Source of the DNA: a virus
Virus record (IMG/VR): IMGVR_UViG_2919730853_000001
Location: 1-62,284 of that record
Strand: one strand, 5' to 3'
Length of the DNA stretch: 62,284 nt
Position numbers and translations under genes: made by a program. The notes under the pieces are model-generated. The model made no database searches and was not told where the DNA came from. It saw nothing but the letters and a program-made list of their open reading frames with translations. Positions 49,916 through 57,403 of the stretch are shown one piece after another (position 1 is the first letter of the stretch; the number at the start of each line of letters is the position of its first letter).

Positions 49916-51065
49916 ATTTACCTTCTACACGATTCTTTAATGAATTATAAACCGCAGAAATTCCAGCTTCTCCACCATTAAAGGCAAGAATACCATTAAT
50001 TTCACTTAAACGTCCACCGAAATTATACCAGTGTTTTGAATCCATTTCCCACTCTTCACTCTTAATTGCTGCCATTATATCTTTGTCGTCAATCTTGTTT
50101 AATTTAGCCCAATGAATGAACTTTGCAACACCTTTTAAAGCATAGTTTTTCTCTAACAAATACTTACCTTTGATGTGTAGATCGGTAGGAAGATTTTTAA
50201 AAACCATATCTAAAGTATTATCTACAATGGTTTTATAAAGTCCATAATTCTTAGAGTTTAGGAAATCAATATCTTTCTTATATTCTGACCAAAACAGTCT
50301 TTTAATAAATTCATAGACAGTAGTTAAAAGTATAAAGTTAGAGTTATTTCTTTGAATACTCATTTTATCCATCTCTACGCCATATCGTTTTAAATACATA
50401 TTTTGTTCTGTAAGTTCACGTGATAATTTTGCAATATAATCAGTCTGTGCAAGTCTGATAGTTGCTGAACGGCTTGGACGTTGGGCTTTTGCATTTGTAT
50501 CATAGAATAGTTGACTTTCTTCAATCTCATTTAATCCAGCAAATATAGTTAAAGGTATAACCATTTCTTCTAATTCTCTAATATAATCATTAATTTGTTG
50601 TCTAGTCGCCTGGTCTTTTGCTTTGTTACTTCTACCCTCTAATTCTCTTAAAGCTTCACACACGCCAAAGTGTCTATGTTGTCCATCATTTAATGAGAGT
50701 TTACTATTTTGAGTATCTATAGCTAATTGTTTTGAAGATTCATCATAGAATACATTACCTCTAGCTGTAGCTGTAACTGAAGGGAAAAAACGCATTGTAG
50801 ATTTATCTGTAACACCTGAAATAGTATAAGTTTTAATTTTAGAAACTTTTCTAGCTACTGTATTTCTTTGAACATTTGGGAAAACATCTAAAAAGGTTCT
50901 TAAATCTTTAAACTTAATTAAAGTTGTAAATATATCATTCCCGAACTGCTTGCCTTTTATACCACTAAGCGTGGCATATTGCTGAACCTTCATATCATGG
51001 TCACGTTTCGCTTTCAGCATTGCCTCTACTTCTTGCATTGGTTCGTTATAAAGTTGTTTTGCCAT
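49914..51065 (-). CDS. DGQHR-domain protein (DndB-like, ParB/Srx fold)
   Basis: LSLNDGQHRHFG and QLFYDTNAKAQRPS motifs. The start is probably ATG 51065 (RBS AAGGTAGG); the track ORF extends to TTG 51110. Confidence 0.75.
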   Translation of the reverse strand: MAKQLYNEPMQEVEAMLKAKRDHDMKVQQYATLSGIKGKQFGNDIFTTLIKFKDLRTFLDVFPNVQRNTVARKVSKIKTYTISGVTDKSTMRFFPSVTATARGNVFYDESSKQLAIDTQNSKLSLNDGQHRHFGVCEALRELEGRSNKAKDQATRQQINDYIRELEEMVIPLTIFAGLNEIEESQLFYDTNAKAQRPSRSATIRLAQTDYIAKLSRELTEQNMYLKRYGVEMDKMSIQRNNSNFILLTTVYEFIKRLFWSEYKKDIDFLNSKNYGLYKTIVDNTLDMVFKNLPTDLHIKGKYLLEKNYALKGVAKFIHWAKLNKIDDKDIMAAIKSEEWEMDSKHWYNFGGRLSEINGILAFNGGEAGISAVYNSLKNRVEGK

Positions 51066-51478
51066 TTGAATACCTACCTTTTCCATTAATTTAATTTGCT
51101 TACTAGTCAATTATACCCTATAAAGATGTTCTTATCTGTGTTAATTTATGTCAAATTTCGACACGAAAAAACCCCCATGCACTAGGCACAGGGGCTTTCT
51201 CTGTAAGGATGATACTTTCCGGTATCATTATCAAATTAAATTAACTTTCAAGGCGTAATGCATCTACCCAAAGGATTAGACCATTACTTTTTAGTTAAAA
51301 AAAAAACTAACTTTCAAGGTAAGTACAGTATAGCATTGTAATGTACTCGAAGTAAAGGAAAAATATTCACTGGAATTAACTTTCTTATTACAAACAGATT
51401 AAGTTGAATAAAAAAGATTGTACTACACAGAGTAGTTATTATATTATGTACTTATACGTGTAGGGAGAGTGAGAAATA

Positions 51479-51688
51479 GTGTCTAGCACAGGCAAACAAA
51501 AGAACTTAACCATAACCTTAAATAGAGAAGAAAATGAAGACTTGGAATTCTTAATTGATTATTTCCAAAGACAAAGTATTTCAACAGTTACAAAGACTGA
51601 CCTCATTAAATTCTTAATTAAACAAGCTAAATTTAATATAGAGAATGGCAATAAGCCTAAAATTTCTGAGATAATGGAAGCTGATTAA
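51479..51688 (+). CDS. Ribbon-helix-helix (CopG/Arc-like) small DNA-binding protein
   Basis: KNLTITLNREENEDLEFLIDYF fits a strand-helix pattern. GTG start after GGGAGAG. Confidence 0.45.
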   Translation: MSSTGKQKNLTITLNREENEDLEFLIDYFQRQSISTVTKTDLIKFLIKQAKFNIENGNKPKISEIMEAD

Positions 51689-51846
51689 GTTAACTTAACT
51701 TACTCTAATGAGTATTAAATTAAGTTAACTTAATTGTTTATATAGTACCTGAAATTTTACTCCAATAAGTAAAACAATTTTATTGAAATTTAATTTCAAT
51801 CATAAGAGGCGTGGTATATATGACCATGCCTCTTTTTCTATGTAAT

Positions 51847-51869
51847 GTTAGTACTAATACTAGTATTAA
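51847..51869. repeat. 23-nt double-palindrome GTTAGTACTAATACTAGTATTAA (copy 1)
   Basis: Identical to 58769..58791. Contains the palindromes TTAGTACTAA and ATACTAGTAT. Confidence 0.8.
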
Positions 51870-51889
51870 AATTAAATTCAAAATTAATA

Positions 51890-51918
51890 TTGACTTTAGA
51901 TAATCTTTCCTGTATAGT
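51890..51918 (+). promoter_or_regulatory. Sigma-A-like early promoter TTGACT-N17-TATAGT, GTAAGG at 51927
   Basis: Read directly. Lies upstream of parA. Confidence 0.55.
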
Positions 51919-51976
51919 TTGTAAATGTAAGGCAAAGATCATTGAAAATTAAATAACTTTAAAGGTGGAATTATTC

Positions 51977-52774
51977 ATGGAAATCATTTGTGTATCAAAC
52001 AACAAAGGCGGAATTCTTAAAACTACCACAGCTACAAACCTTGCTGGTGTATTGGCTAAACAAGGTAAGAAAGTTCTTATCATTGACGCTGATAATCAAA
52101 GCAATGTTCTCCTAACTTTTGACCTGAACCCCGACGAAATATCTGAAGGTATGTTCGAAGTCCTCACAGGTCAGTGTGACGTTAACGATGCCATCATTAA
52201 CGTATACGACAATATTGACGTAATTCCTTCTACGGACAATATGACGGGTTTTGAGTTCCGAATTCTTAGAAATAGAGAAGCTTATCCCGATGATAAAATC
52301 TTTGATATTATGAAAGATACCTTCGCAAATCTTGAAGAGAAATATGACTATGTTTTTATTGATACACCGCCATCTTTAGGGCTAATTGTAGGGAATGCTT
52401 TTAACTACGCTGATAAAGTTTTAATCCCATACGTACCGGAGAAATACGCACAACGTTCATTAACAAAGGTTATCGAAGAGATTAAAGAATTCGCTTTTGA
52501 TTCTAACCCTAAACTTGAAATTATGGGCGTAGTTGCTACATTAACTAGAATGCATACAAAGGTGCATAGACGTGTAATGTTAGAAACACAAGAATGGTGT
52601 AAAGTAATGAAGATACCATTATTTGACACGCAAATCCCTATGACTATCTCCTATGCTGATGCAGTGGACGATAAGCATTTACCAGCAGTATTAGACGAAA
52701 CTACTACTTCAGGTATTCATTATGAAATGTTATGGGAGGAAATTTGTAACTATGAGTATGAAACGAAACGCTAA
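51977..52774 (+). CDS. parA: ParA/Soj-family partition ATPase
   Basis: Deviant Walker A SNNKGGILKTT. IIDADNQ. RBS AAAGGTGGAA precedes the ATG at 51977. Confidence 0.85.
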   Translation: MEIICVSNNKGGILKTTTATNLAGVLAKQGKKVLIIDADNQSNVLLTFDLNPDEISEGMFEVLTGQCDVNDAIINVYDNIDVIPSTDNMTGFEFRILRNREAYPDDKIFDIMKDTFANLEEKYDYVFIDTPPSLGLIVGNAFNYADKVLIPYVPEKYAQRSLTKVIEEIKEFAFDSNPKLEIMGVVATLTRMHTKVHRRVMLETQEWCKVMKIPLFDTQIPMTISYADAVDDKHLPAVLDETTTSGIHYEMLWEEICNYEYETKR

Positions 52775-53117
52775 AAAACAATTAGAGGAAGTAAGGGAAT
52801 CTAACTTTAATAAGGTTGCTACACCTAGTACTGAAGTTAAAGAAGAGACTAAACCTAAAACTACTCGTAATACTAAATCTAAAAATAGTACTAAAAATGA
52901 AGTTAAAACTGATACTAATAATGAAACTGAAGTTAAAGTCGATTTAAGTAGTATTCTTAAACCTAAGAAAAAGCTTAAAAAGACACAGGTTTCAGTGTAT
53001 TTAGATGAAGAGGTTTTAAAGATTTATAATGCGTTCGGTGAACAGAATCCACGTGAGAAATCACGACTAGTCAATAAAGTTTTAAGACAAGTTTTTGGAC
53101 TACCGGAAGAGGATTAA
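52752..53117 (+). CDS. Small centromere-binding-like protein (ParG/RHH-type C-terminus, Lys/Thr-rich N-terminus)
   Basis: C-terminus KTQVSVYLDEEVLKIYNAFGEQNPREKSRLVNKVLRQVFG. Overlaps the end of parA. Confidence 0.5.
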   Translation: MSMKRNAKKQLEEVRESNFNKVATPSTEVKEETKPKTTRNTKSKNSTKNEVKTDTNNETEVKVDLSSILKPKKKLKKTQVSVYLDEEVLKIYNAFGEQNPREKSRLVNKVLRQVFGLPEED

Positions 53118-53121
53118 AATA

Positions 53122-53146
53122 GGACAGGCTTAGACCTGTCTTTTTT
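53122..53146 (+). terminator. Rho-independent terminator (GACAGG/CCTGTC family)
   Basis: Stem followed by a T6 run. Confidence 0.65.
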
Positions 53147-53168
53147 AGCATATAAGGAGGTTTTCTTA

Positions 53169-53477
53169 ATGGAGAAGATAAAAGCATATGAACTTTCTGA
53201 AATGGAATTTATCGAAGTTACGGGCGGTATAGAGAACGTACAGGATTTATATAAATGGTCAGGTTTTTTCTTTAGTCAAGGTGAAGGATTTAAAGGTAAA
53301 AAGTTATATTATGTGATTCATCATTTTTTAATCAATAATGATTTACCCCCTAAATACTTTCTAGTTACTAAGGATTTTATAGAAGAGATAGGCGAAATTA
53401 CTGAACACAAGAATAGTGAAATGATAAACGAATTAATGTTAACACTTTTACTTGAAAATGGAATTTTAAAAATTTAA
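53169..53477 (+). CDS. Hypothetical protein (102 aa)
   Basis: RBS block AAGGAGGTTTTCTTAATGGA, identical to that of the next gene. Confidence 0.55.
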   Translation: MEKIKAYELSEMEFIEVTGGIENVQDLYKWSGFFFSQGEGFKGKKLYYVIHHFLINNDLPPKYFLVTKDFIEEIGEITEHKNSEMINELMLTLLLENGILKI

Positions 53478-53490
53478 GGAGGTTTTCTTA

Positions 53491-53778
53491 ATGGAATATA
53501 AAGCTGTTAAATTGTCTTATAATGGTTACATGGAACGGGCAAAGAATGGTGTATCAATTCTGTTTGAATGGAAGGGCTACCGATTTGCAGAAGGAGATAA
53601 CTACGATAGAAAGGTGGAAACTTCTTTCTTTATATTTGACAATAAAGGAGACACTTATTTAATTAGTGAAAGTGATATGTTTCATTTTGTTAAAATAAAC
53701 TTTTGTTATAATCAAGAATATAAAGACGAAATGATGGATGATAAGTTAGATGAATTATTAGTATTATCTCAGCTATGA
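53491..53778 (+). CDS. Hypothetical protein (95 aa)
   Basis: Same 20-nt RBS/start block as 53169. Confidence 0.55.
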   Translation: MEYKAVKLSYNGYMERAKNGVSILFEWKGYRFAEGDNYDRKVETSFFIFDNKGDTYLISESDMFHFVKINFCYNQEYKDEMMDDKLDELLVLSQL

Positions 53779-53784
53779 AAAAAA

Positions 53785-53817
53785 AGAGGACGGGCTAAAA
53801 TGCCTGTCCTCTTTTTT
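53785..53817. terminator. Terminator between convergent genes
   Basis: 11-bp stem AGAGGACGGGC/GCCTGTCCTCT, with an A-run upstream and a T-run downstream. Confidence 0.7.
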
Positions 53818-53884
53818 ATACATTATATTTATTCGCAATACGCAATATAGGTTAAATAATATAGAGAAGATGGTTTATTTTAAA

Positions 53885-54580
53885 TTATTGTGGTTTACCG
53901 AACTGTTGTGTCCAATAAGAACCGTCTGAAACGTACCCTACACCGATTTCTGTAAAGTTAGGGCTTAAAATGTTTGCTTTATGACCTGAACTATTCATCC
54001 AAGCTTTCATGACCTCTGAAGGCGTTTTTTGCCCCATAGCAATGTTTTCACCAGCATATGAATATTTATATCCAAACTTAGTCATCATATCAAATGGAGA
54101 ACCATAAGTAGGTGAGTTGTGGTCAAAGTATTTCTTATCATGCATATCTTGGCTTTTAGCCTGTGCGGATTTAGTTAATGTAGAATTGATTGTAAGAGGT
54201 TTTAAACCAGCTTTCGCACGTTCCTGATTAACTAAAGTTACGACCTGTTTTGCATACGCTGAAACCGATGTGCTGCCTGCGGCCCCAGTAGCAGCAGAAG
54301 TGCCTGAACCCGTTGAGGCTGTAGGCGTTGACGGTTTTAATTGAATGATTGAACCGACTTTCATATTATAAGGATCAACGGAAGGATTAAGCTTCATAAG
54401 TTCTAAATAGTTTAATCCGTAACGTTTAGCGATAAAGAAAAATGTATCTCCTTTATCTACTTTATACGCCTGAAATGGTGGTTCTTTAAACATCTTAATT
54501 GTACTAGCATTTGCTGAAGTAACTCCGATACCACCGAGAATACTTAAAGCTAGTACAGAAGAAATAATTTGTTTCTTCAT
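53885..54580 (-). CDS. Secreted LysM plus CAP/SCP (YkwD-like) domain protein
   Basis: Signal peptide. LysM segment GDTFFFIAKRYGLNYLELMKLNP. CAP motifs LVNQERAKAGLKPL and GHKANILSPNFTEIGVGY. Confidence 0.75.
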   Translation of the reverse strand: MKKQIISSVLALSILGGIGVTSANASTIKMFKEPPFQAYKVDKGDTFFFIAKRYGLNYLELMKLNPSVDPYNMKVGSIIQLKPSTPTASTGSGTSAATGAAGSTSVSAYAKQVVTLVNQERAKAGLKPLTINSTLTKSAQAKSQDMHDKKYFDHNSPTYGSPFDMMTKFGYKYSYAGENIAMGQKTPSEVMKAWMNSSGHKANILSPNFTEIGVGYVSDGSYWTQQFGKPQ

Positions 54581-54812
54581 AGTAGCCTCCCTTGAAAGTT
54601 AATGGTGTGTGTGTTTTGTCTGTGTGCTTGTGTAAGTTGTTGTTGTTTTAATGTTCGATAGTTGATTTTAGTGTGTTACACGTTAGCACCTGTATAACTA
54701 TACTTTGCACACGAATAGTTTTAAAGAGGTATATTTTACCGAACTAACTAGTTTTCTATATTTTGTAAAACATATTTTTTTAAATCAATTGAAATTTATT
54801 TTAATATTTTTG

Positions 54813-54842
54813 TTGCAAAAGTGTAGACACATATGATAGTAT
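54813..54842 (+). promoter_or_regulatory. Sigma-A-like promoter TTGCAA-N18-(TGn)TAGTAT
   Basis: Read directly. Lies upstream of the recombinase gene. Confidence 0.4.
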
Positions 54843-54886
54843 TTTCTTATCAAATAAATTAACTTAAAACAAGCGAGGTTATTATA

Positions 54887-55717
54887 ATGACAACAACTGA
54901 AGGCACTATTTATGGATATGCACGTGTATCGACTCAACAACAAGATTTAACTTTACAAATTGAGTCACTTTTGAAAGCAGGAATTGAACATAAAAATATC
55001 TATACTGATAAGCAAACAGGGAAGAATATGGATAGAGAAAGTTTAAATGAATTACTTAAAAAGGTTCGACCAGGCGACATTATTTTAGTTAAAAAATTAG
55101 ACCGTCTTGGACGTTCCGTATCACAAGTAATTGCTTTACTTGAAAAATTATATGAACGAGATATTTATGTAAAATCTATAGATGATGGCGTGGACACGTC
55201 AAACAATTCTCCAATGGCACAAGCTATGGTTCACCTATTAGCCATGTTTGCTGAGATGGAGAGACGTTTTATAAAAGAGAGAACAGAACCGGCTATTGCA
55301 AGGGCACGTGCTGAAGGTAGACAATTTGGGCGTACTGAATCAAATAAAGGTTTATATGAACGTGCATTAGAGGAATTTTTAAGCCCTGAAAATAAGAAAA
55401 CTTTTAAAACGATTCAAGAGGAATACGGGAAAGATGATAATGGTAAATGGTTTCTAAGTCAAACAACCTTCTTTAGACGTGTCGCTGAACGTCGTGCGGT
55501 GGAAGCTTATTTAGAAGGTAAATTTCCAAGCGAGATAGAAGCAGTAGAAGATACTAAGGAAAATCAAAGAGAAGTTTATGATGCTGAGTCAGGGAAAAGT
55601 ATATGGGTGGATAACCAAGAATTAGGTGACTTCCGTTTATTCTTAAAAAACGAATACATGGGGTTAACGCCTAAACGTTTTCACCGTGTTCTGAAAGAGT
55701 TTAAAAAGAATAAGTAA
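54887..55717 (+). CDS. Small serine recombinase (resolvase/invertase family) with a C-terminal extension
   Basis: IYGYARVSTQQQDLTLQ and VKKLDRLGRS motifs. At 276 aa it is too short for a large serine integrase. Confidence 0.8.
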   Translation: MTTTEGTIYGYARVSTQQQDLTLQIESLLKAGIEHKNIYTDKQTGKNMDRESLNELLKKVRPGDIILVKKLDRLGRSVSQVIALLEKLYERDIYVKSIDDGVDTSNNSPMAQAMVHLLAMFAEMERRFIKERTEPAIARARAEGRQFGRTESNKGLYERALEEFLSPENKKTFKTIQEEYGKDDNGKWFLSQTTFFRRVAERRAVEAYLEGKFPSEIEAVEDTKENQREVYDAESGKSIWVDNQELGDFRLFLKNEYMGLTPKRFHRVLKEFKKNK

Positions 55718-55745
55718 TTAAAGATAATTTTATGATATAATATTT

Positions 55746-55772
55746 AGGCAGGTTAACTAACCTGTCTTTTTT
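55746..55772 (+). terminator. Rho-independent terminator (..AACCTGTCTTTTTT family)
   Basis: Stem AGGCAGGTT/AACCTGTCT followed by a T-run. Confidence 0.7.
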
Positions 55773-55788
55773 ATTTTGTCGAAACATG

Positions 55789-55818
55789 TAGACGATATAC
55801 ATGTTTTACCTGTATTAT
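55789..55818 (+). promoter_or_regulatory. Early promoter-like TAGACG-N18-TATTAT
   Basis: Read directly. Confidence 0.4.
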
Positions 55819-55889
55819 CGTTGTTACATAGTTTGTTACAATAGGTAAGTTCTACTATCCCCGATACATTTTTTAAAGGAGTGTTACCA

Positions 55890-56177
55890 ATGGCAAAAAA
55901 GGAATACACTGTGGTTGACCATAACCGTGAAGGCTATAAGCAACGTAATAACTTCACTGATTCAGACTATTTTAAAATTGTTTCTCTTTCTATGAAATTT
56001 TATAGGCAGGGAGTAGAATATGGTAAGGATATTGCTGGAAATGATTTAACAGAAGAAGAAATTAAAATCTGTGAAATCTTAATCGAAAAGATGAAGCGAG
56101 AAATGGCTATCACTAAAGAGGCTTTCGAGAAGAAAGAAGACGAAAGAGAAGAATGTGAAGAGTCAAAACAAAAATAA
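55890..56177 (+). CDS. Hypothetical early protein (95 aa)
   Basis: RBS AAGGAG precedes the ATG at 55890. Confidence 0.55.
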   Translation: MAKKEYTVVDHNREGYKQRNNFTDSDYFKIVSLSMKFYRQGVEYGKDIAGNDLTEEEIKICEILIEKMKREMAITKEAFEKKEDEREECEESKQK

Positions 56178-56199
56178 AGATCAGGAAATTTTTAGGTGA

Positions 56200-56226
56200 A
56201 GACAGGGGCTGAACCTGTCTTTTTTA
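56200..56226 (+). terminator. Rho-independent terminator (same family)
   Basis: Stem AGACAGG/CCTGTCT followed by a T-run. Confidence 0.65.
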
Positions 56227-56271
56227 TTGGTATTTTTTGACGTAGTGACAACCATAAATATATAGGATATT

Positions 56272-56598
56272 ATGGTTTTAAGCTTTAATGAATATGCTAC
56301 ACTGATAGGATTTTTTGGCTTTTGGAGGGGTAATGTTTTGAGTGATAATTTAGTCAAAGATTTTAATGAATTTCTATATAATTCACGCAAAGAGGCAGTA
56401 AATGAAGGGTATGGAAAATTTTCGTATCCTGAAATGGTTGAATGGTGGATTAAAATGCTGGTGCTAATAAGAGATGCAGAAGTCTTGCCGAATGGAGAGA
56501 AGACTACAGAGGAAGATAGAGAAAAGGCGAGAGAATCAATCCAAAGGCTAGAATTTGAGATAAATTTATATGTGATAGTTAATGAGGGACAGGACTAG
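56272..56598 (+). CDS. Hypothetical early protein
   Basis: The start is uncertain: TTG at 56338 follows GGAGGGG and is more plausible than ATG 56272. Confidence 0.45.
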   Translation: MVLSFNEYATLIGFFGFWRGNVLSDNLVKDFNEFLYNSRKEAVNEGYGKFSYPEMVEWWIKMLVLIRDAEVLPNGEKTTEEDREKARESIQRLEFEINLYVIVNEGQD

Positions 56599-56611
56599 AA
56601 CCTGTCTTTTT
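56588..56611 (+). terminator. Rho-independent terminator (same family)
   Basis: Stem GACAGG/CCTGTC followed by a T5 run. Confidence 0.6.
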
Positions 56612-56629
56612 ATTTTGTCTAAATAACTG

Positions 56630-56658
56630 TTGACTTTCGCAATAGAGTAATTTAAAAT
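56630..56658 (+). promoter_or_regulatory. Early promoter TTGACT-N17-TAAAAT, GTAAGG at 56667
   Basis: Read directly. Confidence 0.55.
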
Positions 56659-56728
56659 GAATTACTGTAAGGGACATTGATGTAAGGCAATGCACTTTAC
56701 AATACTTTCAAGGACGGTGTTTTTTTAG

Positions 56729-56956
56729 ATGAAGAAAAAACAAGTAAGAGTTAGAAAGAACTGGACAGCTAGACAGAAGACAGGTTTAATTATCTTGGCA
56801 TTTATCGAAGAGGTAACAAAGCTTTATCATCTTTTCAATAAACATTATGGGCTACGTAAAAAATCTGATAGAAGAATTATCTGGACGGTTTTAATATCTC
56901 TATCTACAATTGTATTTTTCTTGTGGCTATTCTTTATTAGAAAGTACGAAATCTAA
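56729..56956 (+). CDS. Small membrane protein (basic N-terminus, C-terminal TM)
   Basis: 75-aa ORF with RBS AAGGACGG. Confidence 0.5.
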   Translation: MKKKQVRVRKNWTARQKTGLIILAFIEEVTKLYHLFNKHYGLRKKSDRRIIWTVLISLSTIVFFLWLFFIRKYEI

Positions 56957-56968
56957 GAAACAAAAGAG

Positions 56969-56997
56969 GACTGGTGAACTTTCACCGGTCTTTTTTT
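56969..56997 (+). terminator. Rho-independent terminator
   Basis: Stem GACTGGTGAA/TTCACCGGTC followed by a T7 run. Confidence 0.7.
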
Positions 56998-57104
56998 ATG
57001 TTCATTTTCTTGTTATCTCTTTATGATCTACTATCATGCTGCCACTACAGCTGTAAATAAATTACAAAGAAATGCGGCCTTTGTCCCATCTTTTAAAAAA
57101 GTGA

Positions 57105-57133
57105 TTGACTTTCAAAAGTGTGTACAGTAAAGT
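57105..57133 (+). promoter_or_regulatory. Early promoter TTGACT-N17-TAAAGT
   Basis: TTGACTTTCAAAAGTGTGTACAGTAAAGT. Confidence 0.6.
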
Positions 57134-57166
57134 AAGTATCAGATAAACGAAACGAGGTTATGAGAA

Positions 57167-57307
57167 ATGAAAAAAGATATTCGTGATTTATACAGAACTT
57201 TCCGTTATACATATTTAATGATTAAGCGTAAACGCCTTTATATCAAGGCTTACAAGATTGTGTTCTATGCAATCGGTGTATTAACAATCATGGAAATGTT
57301 TAAATAA
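57167..57307 (+). CDS. Small basic membrane protein (46 aa)
   Basis: RBS GAGGT lies 8 nt before the ATG. Below the ORF-track cutoff. Confidence 0.4.
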   Translation: MKKDIRDLYRTFRYTYLMIKRKRLYIKAYKIVFYAIGVLTIMEMFK

Positions 57308-57327
57308 AAAAGTTTTAAAAAAAGGTA

Positions 57328-57356
57328 TTGACTTTCAAAAGTCTATACAGTAAAGT
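57328..57356 (+). promoter_or_regulatory. Early promoter TTGACT-N17-TAAAGT, GTAAGG at 57365
   Basis: TTGACTTTCAAAAGTCTATACAGTAAAGT. Confidence 0.6.
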
Positions 57357-57403
57357 AAGTAACTGTAAGGAACAAACAAATTAACTGAAATGAGGTACTA
57401 AAA

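Noticed and set aside
51258-51341. 27-codon + strand ORF following the first TTAACTTTCAAGG copy
   Set aside because: The only SD-like sequence is AAGG with 4-nt spacing. The ORF runs through an A9 tract and a promoter-like sequence, so it was treated as non-coding.
51479-51688. RHH protein considered as the antitoxin of a toxin-antitoxin pair
   Set aside because: There is no adjacent small toxin-like ORF. The next gene, 290 nt away and behind its own promoter, is parA.
54887-55717. Serine recombinase considered as the phage integrase
   Set aside because: At 276 aa it has only the resolvase-type catalytic domain plus a short extension. It lacks the large C-terminal recombinase/zinc-ribbon/coiled-coil region of large serine integrases. 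A resolvase or invertase role is more likely.
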